Assembly: GCA_051117335.1 (NCBI GenBank)
Contig: JBNPEB010000063.1
Location: 12,955 to 76,954, forward strand
Direction: 5' to 3'
DNA: 64,000 nucleotides
Origin: Elainellaceae cyanobacterium
GTDB lineage: Bacteria > Cyanobacteriota > Cyanobacteriia > CAZCXK01
The notes beneath the pieces are model-generated. The model was not told where the DNA came from, made no database searches, and saw only the letters and a program-made list of their open reading frames with translations. Made by a program: the position numbers and the translations under genes. Positions 12,159 to 21,941 of the stretch are shown here, piece by piece. Numbering within the stretch: position 1 is the stretch's first letter; each line of letters starts with the position of its first letter.

Positions 12159-12473
12159 ATGAGTCAGTCTCTCGCGATATTTAACACCCTGTCCACTGCT
12201 GAGGAGTATCTTCAGTTTTTCGGACTATCCTATGACCCACAAATCGTCAACGTCAATCGACTTCATATCTTGCGAAAATTTTCTGGATTGGTTCGCGAAA
12301 TCGATCGCGATACCAGCTTGAAGGACACCGAGCGACTGGCTCAATACCGGATCGCCTTGCAGAATGCCTACGCTCTATTTTTAACCTCATCCCCACTAGA
12401 GCAAAAGCTGTTCAAAGTCTTCAAACAAAAGCCCAAAAATGTTGTACTGCTGTCGGAGGTTGTGACGGAATAG
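12159..12473 (+). CDS. nifW: NifW
   Basis: AEEYLQFFGLSYDPQIVNVNRLHILRKF ... LFKVF. Confidence 0.93.
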   Translation: MSQSLAIFNTLSTAEEYLQFFGLSYDPQIVNVNRLHILRKFSGLVREIDRDTSLKDTERLAQYRIALQNAYALFLTSSPLEQKLFKVFKQKPKNVVLLSEVVTE

Positions 12474-12601
12474 CAGCAATCATGAGGATCTGTCAGACCA
12501 CCATCCGTTCTATATCAGATCAAGTCATGACAGCCTCTCGTAAAGTCCTTGAACTAGCCCCCCCCCCACAGAATCCCCAGAATGAGTTGAGGAAACATCC
12601 C

Positions 12602-13426
12602 GTGACTATTTTGACTCCTATCGAACTCGATCGCTATCGCCGCCAGATGATGTTGCCCGGATTTGGCGAAGCCGGACAACGCAAGCTCAAGGAAGCAACT
12701 GTTTTGGTCACGGGAGTCGGTGGCCTCGGAGGCACGGCTGCCCTTTACCTGGCTGTTGCCGGAGTCGGCAAGCTCATTCTGGTGCGGGGCGGCAATCTGA
12801 AGCGGGACGACATGAATCGCCAAATCTTGATGACCGATGATTGGGTAGGTAAGCCGCGAGTGTTCAAAGCTAAAGACACTCTCGCTGCCATTAATCCTGA
12901 CATCGAGATTGATGCCATTTGCGAATTCGTCACGGTAGACAATGTGGATGGTCTAGTGCAGTCGGCGGATCTAGCCCTAGATTGTGCCTTTGATTTTAAA
13001 GAGCGTACCTTACTGAATGCCGCTTGTGTAAAGTGGGATAAGCCCATGGTGGAAGCTGCTATGAACGGCATGGAAGCCTATTTGACCACCATTATTCCGG
13101 GTGAAACACCGTGTTTGTCGTGCATCTTTCCAGAGATTCCTGAGTGGGATCGGTGGGGGTTTGGGGTGCTGGGTGCCGTATCAGGTACCCTCGCTTGCCT
13201 CACGGCGTTGGAAGCAGTGAAGCTGATTACAGGACTGGGCGACCCCTTGCTCGGTAAGCTGCTGACTATGGATTTGGCCCGCGCTGAATTCGCCAAGCGC
13301 CGACCGTATCACGATCCAGAGTGTCCGGTATGCGGGAAAACCAATCCTGCTAATCTATCCAGCCTCAGTGATACGTTTCCGTCAAAGTCCTTTGTTGCAC
13401 CTCTCGTAACCACTCTCTCAATGTAA
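12602..13426 (+). CDS. hesA: HesA (ThiF/MoeB family)
   Basis: ELDRYRRQ, GVGGLG, two CxxC motifs (CLSC, CPVC); likely GTG start at 12602 after GAGGA. Confidence 0.9.
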   Translation: MTILTPIELDRYRRQMMLPGFGEAGQRKLKEATVLVTGVGGLGGTAALYLAVAGVGKLILVRGGNLKRDDMNRQILMTDDWVGKPRVFKAKDTLAAINPDIEIDAICEFVTVDNVDGLVQSADLALDCAFDFKERTLLNAACVKWDKPMVEAAMNGMEAYLTTIIPGETPCLSCIFPEIPEWDRWGFGVLGAVSGTLACLTALEAVKLITGLGDPLLGKLLTMDLARAEFAKRRPYHDPECPVCGKTNPANLSSLSDTFPSKSFVAPLVTTLSM

Positions 13427-13455
13427 CGCTGCTGTTCTACGCGAGATTGTTCGCC

Positions 13456-13839
13456 ATGATGGTATCACTGCTGGTCTTGGGCGGGGCGATCGCCCTGTTC
13501 CGAGTAACCCGTCTCATTGATGATGAAATCTACAAAATTATTGGCGGCTTGAGTGGATTGACCTGCATCTTAATTAGTGTATCCCTGGCGCCGTGGTTGC
13601 TAAAAATCGCCATTATCGCCCTACTGCTAACCTTACCGACCTGTTTTCAAGCACCCGCAAAACCCCCTATCCACTGCCCTCGACTGTGTGTTGCACGAGG
13701 TCGATGTCATATCCCTAAACCTCGATGTTTGGGATGGGTGCGATCGCCCCTCCGTAGAGAAAACCCACACTCAGAAAAAAACCACACCCATCAACGCCTC
13801 AACCTGAAGGAGAAAACCCATGATTGTGACCTTGACTGA
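13456..13839 (+). CDS. Hypothetical membrane protein between hesA and hesB
   Basis: Three hydrophobic segments followed by a Cys-rich tail (CPRLCVARGRC); fills the hesA-hesB gap on the operon strand. Confidence 0.5.
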   Translation: MMVSLLVLGGAIALFRVTRLIDDEIYKIIGGLSGLTCILISVSLAPWLLKIAIIALLLTLPTCFQAPAKPPIHCPRLCVARGRCHIPKPRCLGWVRSPLRRENPHSEKNHTHQRLNLKEKTHDCDLD

Positions 13840-14188
13840 TATTGCCGAACTTCGCCTACGTACGTTTGTACGGGCATCGGATGCTGCTGCCTCATCCACA
13901 CGGGGCGTTCGTTTCTCAGTCAATGATGGAGGATGCAGCGGCTACGAATACGGGGTCAGCATTGTCAATGCCCCGAAAGATGATGATATTGTCCTCGACC
14001 ATGGAGCTCTCAGGGTCTATGTCGACCACCAAAGCGCACCGTTGCTCGAAGGGATTGTCATCGATTATGTAGACAGCTTGCTAGAAAGCGGCTTTAAGTT
14101 TACCAACCCAAACGCCACGGATACCTGTGGCTGTGGCAAATCGTTTCAAGCAGGCGACTGCACGCCAGCCGCTGCACCCTGTAGCTAG
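13820..14188 (+). CDS. hesB: HesB / IscA-type Fe-S carrier
   Basis: GGCSGYEY, NPNATDTCGCGKSF. Confidence 0.95.
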   Translation: MIVTLTDIAELRLRTFVRASDAAASSTRGVRFSVNDGGCSGYEYGVSIVNAPKDDDIVLDHGALRVYVDHQSAPLLEGIVIDYVDSLLESGFKFTNPNATDTCGCGKSFQAGDCTPAAAPCS

Positions 14189-14258
14189 TTGATGATCTCA
14201 GCAAAGATAACACTACTCTGTCCATTGATCTGTTTCTCTCCCCAAGTGTCTATCCTAA

Positions 14259-14582
<324 letters not shown>

Positions 14583-14615
14583 TGTCAACCTTTTGCAAAT
14601 ACAGGAATCGGAACC

Positions 14616-15146
14616 ATGGCAAAGATTGGAATCTTTTACGGCAGTACCTCCGGTGTCACAGAAGAAATCGCAGAAAAAATACGTGACGAAATCGGAGACG
14701 ACCTCTGTGATTTGTACAGCATGGAGGAAGATTTTGATGATGTCGATGATTTATTGAAGTATGACTATCTACTTCTCGGTTGTTCCACCTGGGGAGCCGG
14801 AGAAGTCCAGAATGACTGGCGTGAACCCCTATTTGATATGGAGGTTGAAAAGCCAGATTTCTCAGGAAAAACGATTGCCCTGTTTGGTCCAGGAGATTGC
14901 AAAGGTCATAGCAAACATTTCGTCGGGGCATTAGGACTCCTCTATGACCAATTCAAGGCGCTAGGGGCAAAGTTAGTAGGGGCTGTGTCAGCAGACGACT
15001 ATTCTTTTGAAAAGTCCACTGCGATTCGAGACGGCCAATTTGTCGGCTTGGCTCTCGATGAAGTCAATGAAAGCGACAAAACAGATCAACGGATTGCAGA
15101 TTGGCTAGAGTTGCTCAAGGCTGATTTTCCAGCACTCGCTACCTAA
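14616..15146 (+). CDS. Long-chain flavodoxin
   Basis: IFYGSTSGVT, LGCSTWGAGEVQ, FVGLALDEVN. Confidence 0.92.
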   Translation: MAKIGIFYGSTSGVTEEIAEKIRDEIGDDLCDLYSMEEDFDDVDDLLKYDYLLLGCSTWGAGEVQNDWREPLFDMEVEKPDFSGKTIALFGPGDCKGHSKHFVGALGLLYDQFKALGAKLVGAVSADDYSFEKSTAIRDGQFVGLALDEVNESDKTDQRIADWLELLKADFPALAT

Positions 15147-15475
15147 TGGGGCGATCGCCTATAGAGGCGTACACGCTGCGCCTCTATAAATCCCCAATCT
15201 GTAGACGTCAATCTCTCCTACAGGTGTGCTCGATGCTGCAAGGGTTACGCTGCACGGACTACAAAGCACAACGAATATCATGCTTTCCACTGCTCCCTCG
15301 TCTATTTCTTGGTTTGCTGCCTCAGCAGATGTTAAGGCACTGCTGGCGGCATCTGGCGATCGCCACTCACGTCAAAGCCATCGATGACCAGCGCGAATTT
15401 GGGGGTGACTTCTTATACAGCATCTTGATAGCGTCCCCTGATAGTGACGACGATTGACATCAAGGAGAGCATGCT

Positions 15476-16096
15476 ATGGGTTCTAAAGACTGGGTTGTGA
15501 CCAATGATGGACGGTGTGAACCACGCCCGTCTCTGCGAGACTGGGACTTGATCCGAGAAAACTATTATTTCCATCAGTTTCTCAGCGAGATCATCGATAT
15601 CTTGAGTCAGGCGCATCCTGAAACCGAAGAATGGGATCTGCTCCCCCAAATTCGGATGCGAGTGCGCCAACTGGTGATGAACTCATACTGGGTGAGAACC
15701 CGCTACACGGCCCCAAATCCTCAAACGGGCGTTGACGTGTTGACCCTCTATGATGAGATTGGCTATCCTCTGACGGTGCAAAATGAAGTCCGCGCCTCAG
15801 GTACCGCCTCTACGATTCACAATCATGGAACATGGGGCATCGTCGCTGTCATCAGCGGTAAAGAAGAACATACCTTCTGGCGACGGGCTCCGGTGGATGG
15901 ATGCCCCGATCGCATCGAACGAGTGGGGAGCAAAGTACTCACATCAGGTGACATCCTCAGCTTCATGCCCGATGCTATTCATCAGGTGAGAGCGATCGCT
16001 CCTGAACCCACTCTCAACTTTTGTTTGTATGGAGACACGCAACCCCAATCACGCTTTCGCTTTGACCCACTCTCGCATACCGCAAAACAGTTTTAA
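15476..16096 (+). CDS. Cupin / cysteine-dioxygenase-like metal-binding protein
   Basis: TIHNHGTWG...PDAIHQV double-stranded beta-helix His motifs. Confidence 0.8.
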   Translation: MGSKDWVVTNDGRCEPRPSLRDWDLIRENYYFHQFLSEIIDILSQAHPETEEWDLLPQIRMRVRQLVMNSYWVRTRYTAPNPQTGVDVLTLYDEIGYPLTVQNEVRASGTASTIHNHGTWGIVAVISGKEEHTFWRRAPVDGCPDRIERVGSKVLTSGDILSFMPDAIHQVRAIAPEPTLNFCLYGDTQPQSRFRFDPLSHTAKQF

Positions 16097-16282
16097 GACG
16101 TTACCAGATACGGGATTAGGGAAATGGTGGGTCAGACGGGTCGGACAAATGACTGCGCCTTGGAGATCTCGAATGACCGAACTGCGACCCACTCCTGGTA
16201 TATCAAATGGGTTCCGGATGATCGCTAAACACATACGCGTTATGGAACGCACGTTTATCTTGTGCAATACTATAACCACATT

Positions 16283-17791
16283 TCACGATCGCTCAATCAC
16301 TGGCGATTCATAGGCATCAAGCCCACTCAAAATTGCTCGTCTAAGCTCACTGTTCATTTTGGTTGGCGAAGGAGACTCTGACGGCTTGGGATGCGATGAC
16401 GTCTCCTCCTTATGATCTTGACCGGGCAACTCCTGACCGGCTAACTCCTGACCGGCTAACTCCTGGGGTTTGGCTGTTTCTACCTGGGTCAAGACCGTCG
16501 CTTGGAGTTTGACGACTTCCATCAAGTTTGCACTTTGCTGCCGATACAACACAATTTGCTCATCCGTTGCTTGCCATTCTGTGCGATAACTAACCGCTAG
16601 CGCATCGAGTTGAATGCCATATCTTTCTCGGATTGCCTGCTCCAATTCCTCTGCATCGATATCAGGAAGCGCAATCAGCCGAATCAAGACGGCTTCATTG
16701 GGTTGCCGCTCAATCGATTGAATTACTATATCGGGGACACTATATTTCACCTGCACGTCATCGATTGACAGTAACACCGCTCGCCAGTCAATGCCATCAT
16801 TAAACTGTAGATCAACGGTATTTGAAATTGCTGGAGAGAGTTTAACCGTATCTAAAACAGGTGTTTCATCCAAAGGTGCAGGTTCGCTAGGCTGTTCTTC
16901 ATCATCATCATCTGACACCTCAGGAAAGACAGGGGGTTCCTCCTCCCAAACGACTCCGCTGAAATTTGTCGTACTGTCAACAGCCCAATCTTCTACAGAC
17001 GCTCCTGACAGAATGGCATGAGCAAAGTTAGTTCCGATCGCCTGAGTTCTGAAGAGATTGGCTCTAGATAAATTAGCGCCTGTTAGATTGGCACCATTTA
17101 AGTTTGTGCGAATCAGATTGGCTTCACTCAGATCGACGCCGCTCAAATCCATCCCGCTGAGATCAACGCCGATTAAGTTAGCCCGGCGCAAATCACTGTC
17201 TCGAAGAATGGTACCGCTAAGCGCTGTTCCTCGTAGGTCAACCCCATGAAGGCAAGCGCGACTTAAATCTGCATTGTTAAGATCTGCCTCGCTCAAATTA
17301 GCGCGACTTAGATCTGCGCGGCTGAGATTTGCCTGACTTAAGTTGGCTCGACTGAAGTTGGCATCCTTTAAGTCTGCACCTATCAAAATCACGCCATTCC
17401 GATCTTGGCCGCTGAGTTCTGCGTCGCTCAGGTCGGCACGACTGAGGTTTGCGAGTCTCAAATTTGCGCCGCGAAAGTCAGCGTTTGTAAGATTCGCTTG
17501 GCTCAGATTGACTTGCGTGAGATTTGCCCATCGCAGCATGGTCTGCCCAAGGTTTGCCTGATTTAGGTTGGCTTGGCTCAGATTTGCCCAGGTCAGGTTT
17601 GCATCACTCAGATCGGCGTGGCTGAGATCAGTTTGACTGAGGTCTACCCACTTAAAATTGACATGGGCAAGAGTGACATGACTGAGATTTGCCTGACTGA
17701 GATTGGGGGTGACTGGATCTTTCTTCCTCCACTCATTCCAGGCTTCCACCCCTTGCCTGATTAGAGCAAGATGTTCTGCAATGTTCATCAC
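16283..17791 (-). CDS. Pentapeptide repeat protein with acidic linker and C-terminal domain
   Basis: GVEAWNEWR start, long A(N/D)LxX repeats; (QELAG)x3 near the C-terminus. Confidence 0.9.
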   Translation of the reverse strand: MMNIAEHLALIRQGVEAWNEWRKKDPVTPNLSQANLSHVTLAHVNFKWVDLSQTDLSHADLSDANLTWANLSQANLNQANLGQTMLRWANLTQVNLSQANLTNADFRGANLRLANLSRADLSDAELSGQDRNGVILIGADLKDANFSRANLSQANLSRADLSRANLSEADLNNADLSRACLHGVDLRGTALSGTILRDSDLRRANLIGVDLSGMDLSGVDLSEANLIRTNLNGANLTGANLSRANLFRTQAIGTNFAHAILSGASVEDWAVDSTTNFSGVVWEEEPPVFPEVSDDDDEEQPSEPAPLDETPVLDTVKLSPAISNTVDLQFNDGIDWRAVLLSIDDVQVKYSVPDIVIQSIERQPNEAVLIRLIALPDIDAEELEQAIRERYGIQLDALAVSYRTEWQATDEQIVLYRQQSANLMEVVKLQATVLTQVETAKPQELAGQELAGQELPGQDHKEETSSHPKPSESPSPTKMNSELRRAILSGLDAYESPVIERS

Positions 17792-17927
17792 ATTAGCCTT
17801 TCAGCCCTACTATTTTCTATAGTTGCTTGTTACGATTTGCTGCCAACTATCAAGATCTTCAGCCTGCGAATTTAACCATCAGGTATAAAACGTGGACATC
17901 ACTATACAGGATGATGAACCATCTTTA

Positions 17928-18275
17928 TCATGTAACAAATTGTCCCTTTTTGAGATGATGCAACGCTTGAATAACAATGCCCCTAGCATATTGACTCATT
18001 GCCAATACAGGCACCTGGTTGACATGTACTTGATATTGAATATACGGCCCTTGATGCAGCATAGTGACTGCATCTTTTGGATGAATACCCGCCTTCAGAG
18101 AAGTCACAGCTACAGCGTCATCTAACTGGATAGCAGCCCAGTCATTTTGAGCAAAGCGCTGATAGAGCATCGGATAATCCAATGTTTCTCCAATCACTTG
18201 CTGGGCTTGAATTAGATACTGCTGTCGAGCGTGGTGTCCTAAAGCCTTGGCGGGTTCTTTAGGTTGGAGCGTCAT
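17928..18275 (-). CDS. Hypothetical protein, third gene of the parM-like operon
   Basis: 115-aa ORF 12 bp downstream of the 168-aa gene on the same strand. Confidence 0.6.
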   Translation of the reverse strand: MTLQPKEPAKALGHHARQQYLIQAQQVIGETLDYPMLYQRFAQNDWAAIQLDDAVAVTSLKAGIHPKDAVTMLHQGPYIQYQVHVNQVPVLAMSQYARGIVIQALHHLKKGQFVT

Positions 18276-18287
18276 GGATGAACACGG

Positions 18288-18794
18288 CTATGCTGCCGCT
18301 TCAGCATTACTGCACAAATCGCCTAGCAAGGCATCTTCGTTACTATCAGATTCATCATCTGCGACCTGAGTGGAGATGTGAGCAGCAGGTACAGCATCCG
18401 GTGTTTGATCAGAGCGAATAGTATGCACCCGGATGGATTGAATCCTTAAAACCTCGGCGATCGCCTCTTTGATTTCGGTTTTCAAATCTAGTGCGATCGC
18501 CCCCGGACGCTCAACCTCAAATGCCTCACAGAGAACTTCAATTTGACGTGAAAGCATCTCCACCGCATCTTGCGCTATCGCTCGAAGCTCATCATCGGTC
18601 ACGTCGTTGCTGTCTTGGTAAGCAAATGGTTTATAGAATGCCACCATGGCATCTACCCCCTTTCGCTTTCCCTCGCGACTATTAAAACGACGATTTTTGA
18701 TTAGGTATTGAAAGACGGCTCCAATAACCGAATCGACATCGGCATTAAACGCAAATTGAACCCGCTGGCGAACAGCCTTCTGATTGGCAACCAT
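18288..18794 (-). CDS. Hypothetical protein, putative ParR-like adaptor
   Basis: 13 bp downstream of the ParM-like gene; basic N-terminal half, acidic disordered tail; function inferred from position. Confidence 0.55.
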   Translation of the reverse strand: MVANQKAVRQRVQFAFNADVDSVIGAVFQYLIKNRRFNSREGKRKGVDAMVAFYKPFAYQDSNDVTDDELRAIAQDAVEMLSRQIEVLCEAFEVERPGAIALDLKTEIKEAIAEVLRIQSIRVHTIRSDQTPDAVPAAHISTQVADDESDSNEDALLGDLCSNAEAAA

Positions 18795-18807
18795 TGCACC
18801 CGCATTA

Positions 18808-19932
18808 TTAAGCTAAAACCTCGCTGTACTTGCTGATGAGTCCCTGAAACAGGCCATAGCAATCTGCCATTCGCATCACTAAGGATGGATTATCAGTCGC
18901 CTCAGGCAGTTTGGTGACGATTTCGTCGAGTTTTTCCTGTTTGCCATCTGCGAAAATAACCTGATCGGTCATTCGGAGTTGATCAAAGTATTGTTTGATC
19001 GTTTGCTCCATGACAAACGCTGCACCACCGCTAATAATGATATCTGATGGCCCATCCGACAGTTGACCCAGCAAATTATCTTGCAGATACAATCGAGATG
19101 TTCTCCAATAGGCGTGTCGAACCGCTTCAACCGCTGCCGCAAAGTCATAAAGTTCGCCGCGCGCTTGTGAGATTTGAGTCGTCTTATTGGTTGCTAATGC
19201 TGCCATCAGCGCAGGGTAGTCAGCAGGTGTGATTCCACAGCTTCGTGATACCCGCTCAAACACCGTCCAAAAGCCAGGGCCATCAGAATTAGACTTGGCA
19301 CTCTTGAGGCTTCCTTGCTCGAAACAAAGAACGGATAAATTTCGATGTCCTAGCATCAAAATAAACGTGCGGCGCTGGTCGATTGAAACGCCCATCCCTT
19401 CAAGCTGAGCCTTGCGGTTGAGATAGAGGCCAAACCCTTCTGGGCAAAACTTGAGACTCACACGGGCTTGCTGAGCCATCCCTCTAAACCGGAAATTTTG
19501 AGCCGTTTGAGTCAGTTTTGCAGCAATTTCATCTTTCGTATTCATTTCTGTCAGGGGCAACGGCAGCCAAATGACCGCTTCATACTGGTTCGGCAATCGC
19601 TCTTTGTCTGCGATGACGCCTAGCGCCGCAATGATTTTGTAGACAGCTTGATTGGCTTTGTTTTCGGTCATGCTGTTGCTATCTAAAAATGCTTTGGCTG
19701 CATCGCCAACCAAAATCACTTCATTGCCGACTTGGAGCCAAGCATGGTCTTGCGGACGACCTCCTGCATTGAGAACCGAAAGTGCCAAGGTGGTTAATCC
19801 ATCGGCAACGCCCGGTCCCATCCAGAGGGCTTCTTGCTGATTATCTTGTACTTGGTAAAAGAACTTGGAACCCGATGTACCAATGTCCCCAGCCAGGTAG
19901 ATGGTGGAATTAGCGGTGGTGGTCTGAGTCAT
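18808..19932 (-). CDS. ParM/StbA-family actin-like ATPase
   Basis: Phosphate-1 motif DIGTSGSK, PEG motif, MLGHRNLS, adenosine motif IISGGAA. Confidence 0.85.
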   Translation of the reverse strand: MTQTTTANSTIYLAGDIGTSGSKFFYQVQDNQQEALWMGPGVADGLTTLALSVLNAGGRPQDHAWLQVGNEVILVGDAAKAFLDSNSMTENKANQAVYKIIAALGVIADKERLPNQYEAVIWLPLPLTEMNTKDEIAAKLTQTAQNFRFRGMAQQARVSLKFCPEGFGLYLNRKAQLEGMGVSIDQRRTFILMLGHRNLSVLCFEQGSLKSAKSNSDGPGFWTVFERVSRSCGITPADYPALMAALATNKTTQISQARGELYDFAAAVEAVRHAYWRTSRLYLQDNLLGQLSDGPSDIIISGGAAFVMEQTIKQYFDQLRMTDQVIFADGKQEKLDEIVTKLPEATDNPSLVMRMADCYGLFQGLISKYSEVLA

Positions 19933-20340
19933 GAGTGTAGAGGAGAACGCTACACCCGCATTTTAAGTAGTAATACCGAGATTTGGTTAGTGATGACGAG
20001 CATTCTTTGCAATAACTTCAAGAAAAAGGGAATTATTCTCGTTTTATTCAATTTATGGTTAATTTTGGTTATAAAGTAGCTAAAAATAAATCCTGAATTG
20101 CATGATAGGGTTGGGTAGATACTATTACAGGGCGCAGGATAAATGCAGATGCCATGAATCACTGCTGTTTATTCATTCAACTGCTGAAAAAGAAGCTGAA
20201 AAATAAATGGTGAGATATTGCTGTTTATCCTTTCAGCCATCGAAGACGAAATCAGGAATGCTCTGCTATTCGCGCAATCACTACGTTCGTATAGAGCGCC
20301 AACATTCCTTTAATCTGTTCAACTATTCGACCGCAAAACC

Positions 20341-20814
20341 GTGGTAGAACATCCGTCAGACTCCTTATCACCCAAATTGTCTTCCCCGGCTCAGCCGCTC
20401 GAAGTGCATCCATCTCCCTCGGTGGAGAACGGATCTGAAGGCGATCGTGAACCCGTTGTTCATGAATCTGCGGATGAATGGGCTCATACCGATTTAGACG
20501 ATCAGCAGCTTGACATTGCCGAGCGCAACTTGGCGCTTAAAGAACGACAAATCCGACTACAAGCCCGGATTGTAGAGCTCCATGCTTATGAAAAAGACAT
20601 CCTTTTTTCTAGAATGTCTCGCCGAATCCAGCACATCACTCAAGGAATTGTTGGAGTGGCGATGCTCGGAACTGGAATTGCGTTTACTGCAATCGACCAT
20701 ATGATTGGTCCCTATTTCATCGGTGTCGGTGCAGCAACAGCAAGCTTCAGCTTGAAAGACATCGTTCAAGTGAATCGCCCACCATCCCTTGATCGGCAAG
20801 ATGAATCGGTATGA
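20341..20814 (+). CDS. Hypothetical coiled-coil membrane protein
   Basis: Coiled-coil segment then two hydrophobic stretches; ATGA overlap with the next gene. Confidence 0.6.
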   Translation: MVEHPSDSLSPKLSSPAQPLEVHPSPSVENGSEGDREPVVHESADEWAHTDLDDQQLDIAERNLALKERQIRLQARIVELHAYEKDILFSRMSRRIQHITQGIVGVAMLGTGIAFTAIDHMIGPYFIGVGAATASFSLKDIVQVNRPPSLDRQDESV

Positions 20815-21806
20815 GTTCTCCTGCGCGCATCCGACTATCGTTTCTTCATCTATTGGCATGGGTCATATCAACCGGGGGCACCGCTGCTCTCATCTATTTG
20901 GCATGTCTACCCAGTGGCGTTTTCGAAAATCGTGTTGATCATGAAAAGCCAATTCGACAGGTTTCGTTCTTTTGGGCAGGGGTCTGTAGTTTCGTCGCAT
21001 TTGCGACCTCTCAACATATCATTCGATATGATGCCGGACCCGAAATCAATGAATGGTCCGATATTGAACAGTTTCTCAAACTGGTTGGCAGCAAGGATGA
21101 GCTAGACCGTCAACGAGGCATTATTTATTTACAGCGAGTGAGTCGCAAGGGCGATCGCATGAGTGGCTTAAACCTTAGAGATTTAAACTTTAGTGGCGCG
21201 CACCTTCCTGACGTCAACTTTAAAGATTGCGATTTGAGGCGAGCCAATTTCACTGGCACGAATCTCAGTAAAGCAAATTTGTGTGGAGCCAATCTAGATG
21301 GGGCCAACCTCAGCCGCGCCAACTTAATAGGGGCAGACCTTTCCAAAGCGAGTCTTCGGGGAGCCGTGATGGACAGCGTCAATCTCAACGACGCGACCCT
21401 TCATAGCGCGACTCTCGATGGCGCAAATCTGAGTCATGCCAGCATCGATGGCACCAATCTCACCGAAGCCAGTTTCAACGACGCCAATCTTCATGGCGCC
21501 AATTTCCACCGGGCAAAGCTTTCTAGAACCAAATTTAAGAACGCAAATCTGACCAAAGCCAGCTTCGATGGAGCTAGCCTCGATAATGCCATGCTTGACG
21601 GGGCAAATCTGGAGAATGCCAACTTGGAAGGCGCAAATCTCATGAGTGCCAGTTTGGTCGATGCTAATTTTAAGCGAACAAATTTGTTTCAAGCGAATCT
21701 TTGGGAAAGCTTTGTGGGTGATAATTTGAAAGCCGCCCTGTTGTGCAGCACGACGATGCCGGATGGGGCTGTTGAAAATCGAGATTGTCCAAAAACCACT
21801 GAGTAG
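20811..21806 (+). CDS. Membrane-anchored pentapeptide repeat protein
   Basis: Two N-terminal hydrophobic helices, ANLxx repeats, C-terminal LCSTTMPDG...RDC cap. Confidence 0.88.
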   Translation: MSSPARIRLSFLHLLAWVISTGGTAALIYLACLPSGVFENRVDHEKPIRQVSFFWAGVCSFVAFATSQHIIRYDAGPEINEWSDIEQFLKLVGSKDELDRQRGIIYLQRVSRKGDRMSGLNLRDLNFSGAHLPDVNFKDCDLRRANFTGTNLSKANLCGANLDGANLSRANLIGADLSKASLRGAVMDSVNLNDATLHSATLDGANLSHASIDGTNLTEASFNDANLHGANFHRAKLSRTKFKNANLTKASFDGASLDNAMLDGANLENANLEGANLMSASLVDANFKRTNLFQANLWESFVGDNLKAALLCSTTMPDGAVENRDCPKTTE

Positions 21807-21941
21807 CCCGTGTCAAAACACCCGTGCCGATGGACGATCTATCACCCTCATCCGATAGATGAGCCCGTGAGGGCAAATCTCGTAGAATAATTAGAGAAAA
21901 CATCCGAACAGATTCAGGGCGATCGCAGTTCGTTAGCGCAC

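Noticed and set aside
12270-12302. TTGCGAAA inside nifW (similar hit in hesA near 12919)
   Set aside because: Within coding sequence and lacking ATARCT at 17-18 nt; treated as background
15146-15457. 103-aa ORF after the flavodoxin
   Set aside because: 5' half is made of REP-like palindromes; no RBS or recognisable motif
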